A DNA stretch of 64,000 bases, from NCBI RefSeq assembly GCF_006345805.1, contig NC_043006.1:8990001-9054000 (forward strand). Direction: 5' to 3'. Under the pieces are notes generated by a model, which saw nothing but the letters and a program-made list of their open reading frames with translations, was not told the DNA's origin and did not search any database. Positions 42,081 to 55,163 of this stretch are shown here, in pieces. The stretch is from Octopus sinensis (Eukaryota). A program made the translations under genes and the position numbers. Each line of letters begins with the position of its first letter. The first letter of the stretch is position 1.

Positions 42081-42164
42081 TGGTACGATCGTTTCACGCT
42101 ACATCATTTTATTTAACATTGTAAGTATTACAGCAGTTTTAAAATGTTGAGCAATCATCAGCCA
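42081..42164 (-). ncRNA. Type-I hammerhead motif with extended helix II
   Basis: UGG-CUGAUGA-[59 nt: UUGCU-CAACAUUUUA...UAAAAUGAUGU-AGCGU]-GAAA-CGAUCG-UA-CCA; palindromic helix III ACGAUCGU; U-U mismatch at the base of helix II. Confidence 0.65.
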
Positions 42165-42291
42165 TTTATAGAGGTTTCCATCAATACACATACTTATTTT
42201 TATGTTAATTGATAACATTATAAAGAGGGTAGATATAACCTTCCAATTAACATAAAAATATGTATGTGTATCGATGGAAAACCTCTATAAA

Positions 42292-42371
42292 TGGCTGATG
42301 ACTGCTCAACATTTTAAAACTGTTGTTATACAATGTTTACTAAAATGATGTGGCGTGAAACGATCGTACTA
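42292..42371 (+). ncRNA. Type-I hammerhead motif with extended helix II
   Basis: UGG-CUGAUGA-[55 nt]-GAAA-CGAUCG-UA-CUA; helix I retained through a G-U pair. Confidence 0.6.
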
Positions 42372-42400
42372 AATTACCCAATATATTCTTTTGCTTATTT

Positions 42401-42489
<89 letters not shown>

Positions 42490-44581
42490 CATGCATATGT
42501 ACATCTATCAAAATCACAAAATGATGAGTACACAGTATATCACGACATGATACTCATAGCATCATGAATATCATTATTATCATATGCGTATATACTTGTG
42601 TGGCAGAATGTTTTGCTAGTACGCGGGAGATTTGGCTTCCATTCCTGTTTATCTTGTCTTAGTTAATTTTATAATAAACCAAACCAGACATCATCCATGC
42701 TCAAATACAAAGATTCATAACTACATACTTACACGCTTCCATATCTAACACCTATTGTATCTATTACGGTAAAGTATACAAGAAAAGCAGACATCTTAAA
42801 TGTTAATAATTATTGTTATAGTCATCCAAATCCTAGCGTTTGTTACGTTGTAAGAAACCATTTTCCTCCTTCTAGGAAGAAGACTTACGAATGACAAAAG
42901 CATACAAATATACCTAAATACATGTGTGTGTGTGTGTGTCTATGTGTATATGCGTATTTTCATACATATGTACACGTAATTCCATCTACTTAAATACCTA
43001 CGTAAATATATGTACGTATGCATCTATAAAATATGTTTATATGAGTATGTGCATATATGTACACACGTGCGTGCGTGAGTGTGTCTGTGTGTCGATGTTT
43101 GTGATAATGTTCTTAATGTTATCTTATGTATCCGCTCTCAACATCGACGATTACTTCAATGCAGGAACGACAACGTTGGTATGTCCGTACTAAATAGTCC
43201 TTAGCTGCACGACGTCCGCCTTCAGTGAATATATGTTATTGTAAGAATGTCGCCTACTCTCCATTTCAACAACGCTCCAATCATATTAGCCTTTGGTAGT
43301 TTTTAAATTTAGTAACTTTGGAGGCCACAAATTTGTAGTTACATGATTGTGAAGGTTGTTAGACATCCATTTCTTTGTTAAGTTGTTGTGCCTTTATAAC
43401 ATGTTTGGCATTCCAATCCAAATTCAGCGTTCGTGACATAATTAGTGAATACAGCAAGCCCACATATCCATTACTATTAATATTAAAACCTTGTAGAAAA
43501 TGGGAAGGGATGAAATTGACCTTCAATACTAACCACTGTTTCTGAAAAATTAGTGTGCTCTGCTTTGAGAATATCAGAATCATCTGCACATAACCTTCTA
43601 ATATATCCCCTATTATAGCTTTGATTTTGTTGACGTTTTCCTCGTCAGAAGAAAGTCAATGTATGCCATGGTTGTGAGATGAATGAACAGCTCGGCACAG
43701 ATGAATCGTTTTTTTTCTGTATATTTGCAAGCATGAATTGGTCTCTCTTTAGTACATACGGCTTAACGAATGCAACACGAATGCAACACAGTTTTGATAG
43801 TTCACACAGACATATTGCAGTCCTTGGGTAACGGTTCTCGTTGGCAGTCTGCTTTTGAACCATATGGATGAAAGTTTATGCATGAATTGTTGCGGCGTCA
43901 GATGCGCTGCTGTCTGTCCGTGTGTTTCTTCTCTCTTTGATATAATATGAAACAGTAGAGCCAGAAGTTTTCCCTGGGCAATTTAAAAATCCTTGTGTTG
44001 TATAGATAAGGGAGATAGTTTAAAATTTTATCTTAGGCGGTGATGAGTGAAAGAAATTAAACTCTTTTAACTTAATTATTATTTAAAGCAGTATTCTTCC
44101 AGCTATGGATAATAACCCTCCGATATACACACGCACACATACAAACTCACACACAAACACACAGACAAACACAACATACAAAACACGCGCACAACACGCC
44201 CATACAGTTTGTGTTAACATGCAGCAATGCTAGGCACTGCTGTAGAGGTTTTCATTTCTATACGATATACGATTTGCACGTATTTTGACAGGTATTATCC
44301 TGGACATGTACCGCAGTAAGTTGCATGTCAATGAAGCATTTATAAGTATGAAACGTAGATGGATATTTTAATCTTATACTGCTTCTATTCTTGCATTCAT
44401 TTCTGTGTATTTGTGGATATTCAATGGAATACATATACACCAAACAAAACGAAAAATCCGAATGTTATCAGCGCCGTACACACAGAGCAAGTACGATTAG
44501 CACTTTACTAAAATTATATAGATGCATGCATACATACATATATATGTATACACACACACACACACATATATATATATCTAT

Positions 44582-44674
<93 letters not shown>

Positions 44675-44739
44675 GTATATATATATACATATATGTCTAT
44701 ATATATATATACGCACATATATATATATATACATATATA

Positions 44740-44902
44740 CGAAAGGCTTCTTTCAGTTTCCGTCTACCAAATCCACTCACAAGGCACTGGTCGGCCGGGG
44801 CTATAGCAGAAGACACTTGCTCAAGATGCCACTGTACAGTGGGACTGAACCTGGAACCATGTGGTTGGTTAGCAAGCTACTTACCACACAGCCACTCCTG
44901 CG

Positions 44903-44904
<2 letters not shown>
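44740..44904 (-). mobile_element. tRNA-derived SINE, head module only
   Basis: Head and CORE-like part present, ending at the internal (TA)n linker; tail module absent. Confidence 0.9.
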
Positions 44905-44948
<44 letters not shown>

Positions 44949-46520
44949 CATCAGATACAAGATACACATACATTAAATAATATCTTGTATAGCAGGAGTA
45001 TCGTGTACATTCTTCTTTCTAATACGTTGTTTCTACATTTCGTATTACAAAGGTAACAGTGCATATGGACGAATTACATAATTTAGAAAGAACGCAATTT
45101 TACACGTATTTTGACATCAGCCCCTACCTAATTAGCTTATACGAGAATCAATGGTAGCTCCTGTGCAATGTGTGTCAGGTAGCAAATCTTGAGAGTTATA
45201 CTGTTCGTGATAAAAGCAAGGGGATATAACCTTCAAGATACCTGAAATAGGGAAGTGTAGAATGGGGCATGTACTCCAATAAGCATGTATGATCAGGTTT
45301 GGAATACCTTTAATTATGTTTGCTAAGTTAGGTTAGATTTGGACTAAAGAATTAATAACAACAGAAATGGTATATAGAACTGTTTGAGTTGTGTTGAAGC
45401 CTTTTCGAATAAGATGTCCATAGTAATCCCTTTGGAATTCCCATATATGACGTGCTGTCTTGTTTATAACCCTTTAAGTGATTTTTTTTCTATGTAGTCC
45501 TTTATTATAGACATCTAAACGTAAAACAAATCTTATATATAAACAATAAGGAAATAAAAGATGAACACTTTAACCGTAACAGAAAGAATAACTTCGAGTT
45601 CCCCTTTGATGGTGAAACCAATCTGAAATGAAATAAGAATATAAATTGGACAACAAATAATATTAAGGAACTAAGTAATGTAAACATCAATCACATCTAA
45701 TCAACTAACAGGATATTGCTCTATTAATTCGAAAATGAAATCCTTCTGTACAGTGGAATTTCACTGTTTACTTGACTACTTTGAGGGAAAGGGAATATCA
45801 CACAAATGCGTCGTTTCTAACTGTGATTAGAAGTTTAGAAATTCTGCTACCAAAATATCATTTAATGATAAAATTACTATTACAGCAGGAAAATTGACTG
45901 GAAGATTGTATCGGAAGGAACGCTAAAAGGGTGATGATGTTGTTTCAGCTAAAAACGGAATACTACAAAACTTTTCAGGGTATGATTTCCTTTGGAGAAA
46001 TTGTAGAGTTCTCTAACTCCCACGTCGCTGATGTTGGAGTTAATGATCGATATTTATAATTCCGCGCCTGGTTGAATGAAATTGCCCTCATCAACCATGG
46101 AGAATGGTATATTCTACTGGGAAACTGACTAAAATTATCAGCTAACCCACCATGCAGTGACTGAAAGAATACAAATTCTATTGAAATAGTCTCGCAGAAA
46201 ATTACCCGAAATGTATACTTGTTTCCAAAATAAATTTGAAGAAGCTGTTATTTGTTTATAGCACTGGTATGTGAACTCTAAAATTTCTTTGTTATTTCAT
46301 TAGGAGAACAGAAATGCTAATTATAACCTAGACAACATGAAAACACAATTTTTAAGCTCTGTTAATTTGTTAATGATCTTAAGACGAAAAGCCAGAAATA
46401 CCCACAGCGCTGTGAACAATTGGAGCTGATAACGTCATAGCCATCAGCAAGCAGGAACAACTTACTTAATAATTCAGAAGGAGAAAATTGATTTACAATC
46501 AGAAAAACAAAACATGCACA

Positions 46521-46744
46521 CATTTTGTTGTTTTTTCTTGTGTGCTTCATATAACTTCGTTTCATTGTAGGTACCTTATATCAAGGTTTTGTAATGGAGC
46601 AACGAAAGATCAATAAAGTAGGCCTTATATGACATTTTGTTGTCTTTTCTTGTGTGCTTCATATAACTTCGTTTCATTGTAGGTACCTTATATCAAGGTT
46701 TTGTAATGGAGCAACGAAAGATTAATAAAGTAGGCCTTATATGA
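46521..46744. repeat. Tandem duplication, 2 x 112 bp
   Basis: 46521-46632 and 46633-46744 differ at two positions by manual comparison. Confidence 0.95.
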
Positions 46745-47655
46745 TAGTGATATCTTACAGCGGGTAAATATTTTGCAAATCCTTTACTCTATCATTACTG
46801 TTACACTCGTATAGTTTACTGGAGTGCGTAATACAGGAAATGTTCAGATTCTGTTGGAAATTCCTATAATACTTGCATGGACGTTTTCTCAAAATTAGCA
46901 AAAATATCATTCTTTATCCTAGACGCGTAATCAAAAGTGGCCTTAGGATTTATATGAAAATCATTAACATCGCTGCACAAGAATAAATATAAATATCAAT
47001 TATAGAAGCCATGGGGTTCTCAAGTATATAATGATAATATCAACCTGACCAAAGACGTTTATTTCTCTTTACTGATGTAAATAGGTATTTGACCTCTATT
47101 TAAGTTGCCTCGCAGTGGATTGCAAAGTAAATTGTGTGATTGATAAGCGAACTTATTAACCGCACAACTATGCATATATCCACACATATACACAGACAGA
47201 CACTGACACACACTCAAGCATGTACACATACACAAACACGAACGCACACACACCTATATATGTTTATTTCCAGTAGTGAGTCAAATATACTTGCTGCAAT
47301 ATATAAACTGACGCACGCTTATGTATTTGGTGTGCTTGCGTTTATATGTCCGTAGGTATATGTAACTATATTTGCGCATGGCTCTTCGACATTCATCATC
47401 AAATGATTCTGAAATGCCGTTGGATTCAAGTATGCATAGTTAAAAGTAGAATGCATTTCATTCGTCTGTGGAATCATCTCAATTATATGTCAAGAACTTG
47501 GATCAATCTTCCTACTTATTGCAATTCCCACATTTACTGTCATCCTCTATTTCTAATGCAATATTCGTAATACCGTTTATATTCCTAAACTGCATCAACC
47601 AATTATGTCCATACAACGAAATGCTTTAATACAGTCATAGACATAAAGACACGCA

Positions 47656-47721
<66 letters not shown>

Positions 47722-49228
47722 GTATATGTATATATATATTGATATGTATATGTATATATACACATACACATATCACGTGCACTCGGGTGCTCCCACACAC
47801 GCATCCTTTCAAGTATGTTTATATCTGTCATTGCCGTTTGTGGACTAAGTAAATATATTCTAAAATTACATATGGATATGTTCTTAAATCCATTTGTTAA
47901 TTCCAAATGTTCTTGGGAAAGTTATCATTCTCAGATCTAATTGTAGTCAATGGTAGGGATCTTCGAATGCCAGGTATTGAAGAAAATTTTAAGCGGCAAT
48001 GTTCCAAAATTCTGGCTTCCATTTTCAAATCACACTTACCGAAACACTGACTTCGATAGAATCAGACAAAATGCAGGGCATACATCCATCGAATCTGATG
48101 TCGTTTCTAACTACCTATGTCAATGGTGTCATTTTTGGGTCTGTCTTTGTTTTTCCATTTGACAACACATATGACGTGATTTTCAGGAAATTATGATTCC
48201 TTACGTTCTTTTGTTGCATACAAATTCTCATTGATCTACACCCTTCAAATGGATCTCAAGTGTCGGATCATCTCGGTGCTTCAAATCAAACTGAAGAATG
48301 GTAGAACACTCAACATGCGTTGTGACATTGTGTCCCTTGATATGTATGAGCCACCATCAGAGATATTCTGATTTCAAAATAGAAATCAATCTGTGAAACT
48401 AAGTGTGAATCGGTAATCGCTAAATGGTCAGCCACCGCTACCCGGATGCAATATATTAGTGGAATATGTTGATGATCGCTGTTTATAATTCCGCGTCTGG
48501 TTGAATGAAATTGCCCTCATCTAGCATGGAGAATGGTATATTCTACAAGTAAATTTCATGCAAATGTATAGGTCTGCAACGAAACTGCTACAGCAACAGC
48601 AAAAACAGCGGCAGCATCGTCAGTATCGAAATCTTCGTAATGTTCAGAATAATTTCAAAAGCCACCGCCGACACCAACGATATCACTGACGCCGATAACG
48701 TCACCACGCTGACTAGGTTTTCTCTTCCCATATCACCACCGGCAACACTCACATTTTCAACACTTCCATCATCGTCATATCAAGCATCCCCCGACCACCA
48801 CACGCATCATCAAAGTGGTAACAGATGTCTATAGATTTTGAATTTTTTCCTCTACACAGAGTTTAACGTTTGTTGCCGATATCCGATTATCACTTAGGAA
48901 TGTCAGGTGTTTTTTTTCCCCTGTTTCATAATTCCTTTTCATTTTGCATTTCAATTCACATGATTAAGAGAAACTCTTTCATAAGCTAATTTCAATTTTC
49001 AGTTGCATTTCTGAAAGCATACAACAGTTTGCACAGTAAGAGTAATTCACCATCTGGTTGTTGTTTCTAGAACCTTCAACAGGAATCATATTTTATGATA
49101 TTCCATATGTCCATGGCTGTCATTGCAGCCGGAATGTAGTTTAGAAGTATGATATAAAACCAAAACAAAATTTTGTACAAACCCAGGAAATAAGACAGAA
49201 ATACGTTTTTATTAATTTATTTAGTCTC

Positions 49229-49651
49229 TTACTCTTTTTATTCTTTTACTTATTTCAGTCATTTGACAGCGGCCATGTTGGAGCACCGCATTTAATCGAG
49301 CAAATCGACCCCAGGACTTATTCTTTTAAGCCCAGTACTTATTCTATCGGTCTCTTTTGCCGAACCGCTAAGTGACGGCGACGTAAACACACCAGCATCG
49401 GTTGTCAAGCAATGCTAGGGGGACAAACACTGACACACAAACACACACACACACACATACATATATATATATACATATATACATATTACGATGGGCTTCT
49501 TTCAGTTTCCGTCTATCAAATCCACTCACAAGGCTTTGGTCGGCCCGAGGCTATAGTAGAAGACACTTGCCCAAGATGCCACGTAGTGGGACTGAACCCG
49601 GGACCTTGTGGTTGGTAAGCAAGCTACTTACCACACAGCCACTCCTGCGCC
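49229..49651 (-). mobile_element. tRNA-derived SINE, full-length
   Basis: Same architecture as the other copies. Confidence 0.92.
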
Positions 49652-51179
49652 TATTTACTTATTTAATGTTTTTTTTTTTTTGTATAGCATCCTATAATTT
49701 AACACCTGATATATTATAATTCCTTGAGATTGTATCAGTTGCTGTTATAGAGGAATACCACATCGGTCACTTGGCTGGAAAGAACTAAGGACCCACGAGA
49801 TTATCCTGCGGACAATATCGACTTTATTGTTGATGTGAACATTCGAACCGAATTTGTTGTCAATATGTTTCACATATTACTGGATGTCATGAGTAGTTCC
49901 CCTAAAGGTAAGGGAATGGTTGTTCGATGGCATTCTTTTTTACCAAAGTGTATGGGATCAAATTTTCCTGCATTTCTGCGCATGTGGTTTTTGCCCTCCT
50001 ATTGGCTTACAACATGTAGGCCACTTCTGTTCCATCTCCTCCATAGAGTCATTTCTGCTAACATTTCTATTTTACTGTGTTTGATGAAAATTGAGACGTC
50101 GTTTATAAGGATATAAAGGGAAGCAGGCCCAAGACACTCTCCCGGGAGAAACAATTGATGACTTATGTTGCGCTTGAGTGGATTCCATTGAACAAAACAC
50201 GTTGTGTTCTGTTGACTGGAAAATTTTTGATACTTTGTAGCATTTACCGCAGTTTCCAATATACACACATACATGTCTATACATACACGCATGCATGCAC
50301 ACACACTCACACACACATGCACACACTTATATATATATATATCTATATATATATATATCCTCCCTAGATATTAATCACCGGAAATGTTATACATAATTGT
50401 TGTAGTATGGAATTTGCATATTAATAAAGCGCATATCACTGTAGCTATAATGAATTTTAGATTCCATGCTTTCATTCAGAAGGAAACGATTGCAATCAGT
50501 ACCTCAGTTAAGAAATATATTAGAGATGAGGTGACACTTAACACTTAATTCATTATAGGCTTCTGTTATAAAATATTGTGCAAATCGTACCCATACGTGT
50601 GAAGTAAATTTACTGCAAATGTATAGAAATATAAATTTGGTACTATTTACTGAATTATGCCAGATAATTTTGAGGAATTTGTAATAAGCTTTTCGAATAG
50701 TAAGAATTAACTTTATATTTAAACTGCTTACTATCTGTAGATTGAACAAAACGTTTTTCATCTACATATATTTAAAGGTAAGATCCAAATATCAAGGTGT
50801 AAGAAGTTAATAAGCTTCGAGCAGTCTGTAGAAGGTATGAAAAAAAAACATTTCAACGAATTGTTTTCTGACGAAGACGTTGTAAATTGTTCCCATATCG
50901 AAGTTCAATAAGCTGAAAAAAGGCCATTTTATTGATTACAAGGTAACACGAGGCATTAAGGTATCTTTCCTCGAACTAGTAGCTAGCGGATCACCATTTG
51001 GGTAATAACGCATTCCGAAGTTCTGCTAGATATAGCCTGGATTTTATCTACTCCCTTCCTTAATTTTGATTATATCTATCTATTTATCTATCTATATATA
51101 TATATTTGTGTATATATATATATCTACCTATCTGTCTGGCTCTCTCTCTCTCATTCTCTCTCACTCTATATATATATTT

Positions 51180-51243
<64 letters not shown>

Positions 51244-51250
51244 TATATAG

Positions 51251-51904
51251 CGTAAGGCGTACTAGCCATCTGAATGTGGCTAGCCACTGGGGGTGGGGTG
51301 TTACTGATGCTTTTAGCCCCAGGCGATCAACGTCACCAGATGGACTTTAGACACTATCTCAGTGCCCTTGCGTTATTTGCAAAGGGAGGTCATCCTCCCC
51401 CGAAAACCTTTTCAAGGTAATTGCCTCTCGCCAACGCATGGTAAGCACCGGTCTTCGATGAAGGAGTCCCCTTGCAAATAATATATAATGTTTTCCACAG
51501 CAACCACTGTCACTGATTTAGAAAAACTGTCTGAAAGCAATAATAAATCTCTGAACGAGATATAAACAGTAACCGCTCGACAACGTAAGGTGTACTAGCC
51601 ATCTGAATGTGGCTAGCCATTAGGGGTGGGGTGTTACTGATGCTTTTAGCCCCAGACGATCAACGTCACCTGATGGACTTTAGATACTATCTAGTACTTA
51701 GGTTTTCGAGGGAGGATGACCTCCCTTTGCAAATAACACAAGGGCATTGAGATAGTGTCTAAAGTCCATCTGGTGACGTTGATCGCCTGGGGCTAAAAGC
51801 ATCAGTAACACCCCACCCCCAGTGGCTAGCCACATTCAGATGGCTAGTAAACCTTACGTTGTCGAGCGGTTACTGTTTATATCTCGTTCAGATATTTATT
51901 ATTG

Positions 51905-51908
<4 letters not shown>
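51251..51908. repeat. 333-bp-period partial tandem plus inverted copy, bounded by (TA)n on both sides
   Basis: CGTAAGG(C/T)GTACTAGCCATCTGAATGTGGCTAGCC starts at 51251 and 51584; 51534-51692 is the reverse complement of 51750-51908; 51700-51857 is an inverted copy of 51251-51410. Confidence 0.9.
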
Positions 51909-51959
<51 letters not shown>

Positions 51960-52009
51960 ATATATATAACAATCTATGTAATACGTCTCTCCAAAAGAAG
52001 GGTCTAACA

Positions 52010-52201
52010 CAGGGGTGGGCAAACTACGGCCCGCGGCCGCATGCGGCCGCCGAGAGCTTTTATGAATCCCAACTTCTATGCAGATACTTCGTAACTGTAC
52101 GGTAATTCACAATATTTTCACTTGATTTTTATAAATGAGGCCCGCCAAGATTCCAAAGACGCACTGTGCGGCCCGCGATCAAAAAAGTTTGCCCACCCCT
52201 G
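52010..52201. mobile_element. Intact hAT-superfamily MITE, 192 bp
   Basis: 15-bp perfect TIRs CAGGGGTGGGCAAAC/GTTTGCCCACCCCTG; exact 8-bp TSD GTCTAACA (52002-52009, 52202-52209); subterminal GGCCCGC repeats. Confidence 0.96.
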
Positions 52202-52669
52202 GTCTAACATGAATAATATTCCATTGATAAATATATGCATATATAACAGCGTGCCCGTGAGTTGGTGCATATGCTTCTCATTGAATGTAGGTCGACAAAG
52301 AAACATTTATCAATGGAATATTATTCATGTTAGAGCCTTCTTTTGAAGTGACGTATTACATAGATTGTTATGCCATGGCAATAAACATAAAGATAAATTA
52401 GGAAAAAAATAATTGAAATATTTAAAAATAATAGATGGAAATATTCTTCTATGTGTTCCTTTTCCCAAAAAACTGAATTCATGAGATGTTTAGTTGAAAC
52501 TAAGATTTTCTCTTCCTTTTTCCTTTCCTTTTCACGGAATTTCAAGGCATAGATTGCTTCTGATATGTTTCCGTTACTAGAAAATAATGTTAATAAAATA
52601 ACATTGATTGCTGGAAATTGCATGTCATTTTATTCATCAACAGAAAATTGGACTTGTTTTGCGTATGTC

Positions 52670-53167
52670 TTTTTCTTCTCTTCTTCTTCTTCTTCTTCTT
52701 CTTCTTCTTCTCTTCTTCTTCTTCTTCTTCTTCATCTCTTCTTCTTCTTCTTCTTCTTATTCTTCATTCTTCTTTTCTTCTTCTTCTTTCTTCTCCTTCC
52801 TCCCCCCCCCTCTTCTTCTTCTTCTTTTCTCTTCTTCTTCTTTCTTCTTCTTCTTCTTCTTCTTTCTTCTTCTTCTCCTCCTTCTTCTTCTTCTTCTTCT
52901 TCTTCTTCTCTCTCTTCTCTTCTTTCTTCTTCTTCTCCTTCTTCTTCTCCCCTTCTTTTCTTCTTCTTCTTTCTTCTTCTCTTCTTCTTCTTCTCCTCCT
53001 CCTTCTTCTTCTTCTTCTTTTTCTTCTTCTTCTATTGCTGCTGCTGCTGCTGCGACTACTACTACTACTACTACTACTACCACTACTACTACTACTATGA
53101 CTACTACTGCGACTACTACTACTACTGTTACTACTACTACTACTACTGCGACTACTACTAATATTGT

Positions 53168-53199
<32 letters not shown>

Positions 53200-53250
53200 T
53201 AATAATAGTAATGATGATGATGATAATAATAATAATAATAATAATATTAT
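52670..53250. repeat. Compound (TTC)n/(CTG)/(CTA)n/(ATA)n microsatellite, ~580 bp
   Basis: Direct reading; explains the four long low-complexity ORFs at 52565-53680. Confidence 0.97.
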
Positions 53251-53433
53251 TTGTTATGGTTGTTCCGTTTTTCAGGTAATCAGGAACGAATCGCGATCTA
53301 CAAGCGATATTAGAGAGAAAACAAGAACTTAACAATGCAACAATATTGCACAATGCTATTAAACCAAATGCACAATGATGACGTTCATACGATATAAAAA
53401 AGACACAGATAGCTACGTGCCTATGTATGAATG

Positions 53434-53493
<60 letters not shown>

Positions 53494-55163
53494 ATACATA
53501 TAAGGTATATAGGATATATATATATATATATATATATACATGCACATACACATATGTTTCTGTACAAACGTTTATATATGTTATATATATATATATATAT
53601 ACATATACACGCACATATATGTAAGTAGATATGCGTACATATATGTTTGTATATTTATATGTACGTACGCAAAGATGCATTAAGCTATGTATTGCAAGAT
53701 GTAAGTTATTCTGATAAAGGATATGTTCTTAAAGTACATCGAGCGATGCAGAATTAGTGTGTATCAGCTGATGTTACGTTACATATATTTGAAGTGATGA
53801 TGTACGAGATATATACAATGGCCACATAAGAACCACACGATAAAAAACTCAACAAAGTATGCGACATAATGGAAACAATTTTAAAAACAATTATAATGCT
53901 GCTGGTTTTTCTGTTCTGACATTTGTCATTTTTTTTTAATTCCATGCCATGTATGTTTACAGACCTATATTGATTGCTGTTCTTTCTAAGTTATAGCAAA
54001 TCCTTCTGATATTATTCTCAGCCTCGACAATTTGACTCAGTGCTTATCCCACATGTAAGAAGAATGAGTGTAACATGAGAAATATTTTTTTGCTATTTCC
54101 ACATTGTAAAATGCCCAGTTATATGACCACTTAAAATTCTGAGCAGGTAGATTGTTTCTCTGCTTATAATGTCAGATGAAGTTATTGTTCTGATATCGTC
54201 TGTTGTTCCAAAAGTTTCTCATTTCCTTCTGCTCAATAGTGCATAATAAGAGTACTGTATTCGGGTTATTCACATGAACATACATGCAGATGCAAAATAT
54301 TACTAAATATTGGCACCCTGTCTAGACTACATACATCAATATTTTACAAGGAAAACTTAAGGAAAGTATTGTTTATCAGAAAAGAAATAAAATGCTCTCG
54401 TTTCAGACAATCTTTAGAATTATTAACGAAATAAAGATGCCAAGACAGCTATGACAGATGATTTTCATAACTGAATGGAAGTTGAAGTATGCATCAGAAC
54501 GTGATATGCGTATAGTCTACGTTCATGTACTTCTATATATTTATATACGTTATGTTTTTCAGGCATAGCTGGAAAATATTTTAGGTGGGAAAAAATCAGA
54601 AGCACGAACAAAATATATTTGCGTATGCATGTAACTCTTAATATTTCCATATATTCATATATGCCGAATCACATTCACACACATATGCATAAGTAAATTC
54701 AACAACATAATCGCATGCATTCTCCAACATTTACGTGCATATATATATATTATATATAATATATATATTATATCTATATATAGTATATATTTAAACTGAC
54801 ACACAAGCACATATATATATATATATATGTATATATTATATGTGTGTGTGTGTGTGTGTGTTTGTGCATATGCATAAATATATCAAACTATTTGTTTATG
54901 GGTATATATATATATGAAAATACTTTCTTTTAAAACAACGCATACATTCTAAGATGCAGGCATCTGACTTTGTCGTAGGTCAACCAACACTGAATTGAAC
55001 CTTTATTTGGGAAAATTCTTCCCTGATGAAATAAGCAATTACCCAGTTTTAACAGAAAATTTTAAATAAAATTAGTTCAATTTAATTTACACATAAACAA
55101 ATAGTTTGATATATTTGTGCTCATGCAAAAACACATACACATATAATATATATATATATATAT

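Larger units (their letters stand above)
42048..42403. mobile_element. Inverted-repeat cassette (arms 42048-42211 and 42244-42403), PLE pseudo-LTR-like
   Basis: Arms are reverse complements with scattered mismatches; each contains an HHR motif; the right end abuts (TA)n. Confidence 0.8.

Noticed and set aside
47900-48400. Higher-complexity stretch with several strong splice-site words on the minus strand
   Set aside because: Candidate exons contain stops or give unrecognisable peptides.
51375-51430. Second HHR-like reading UUGCAAA-GGGAGG(UCAU)CCUCCC-..GAAAACC...GGUA
   Set aside because: Needs an A6C change, extra bases on both sides of GAA and a bulged helix I; too many exceptions.
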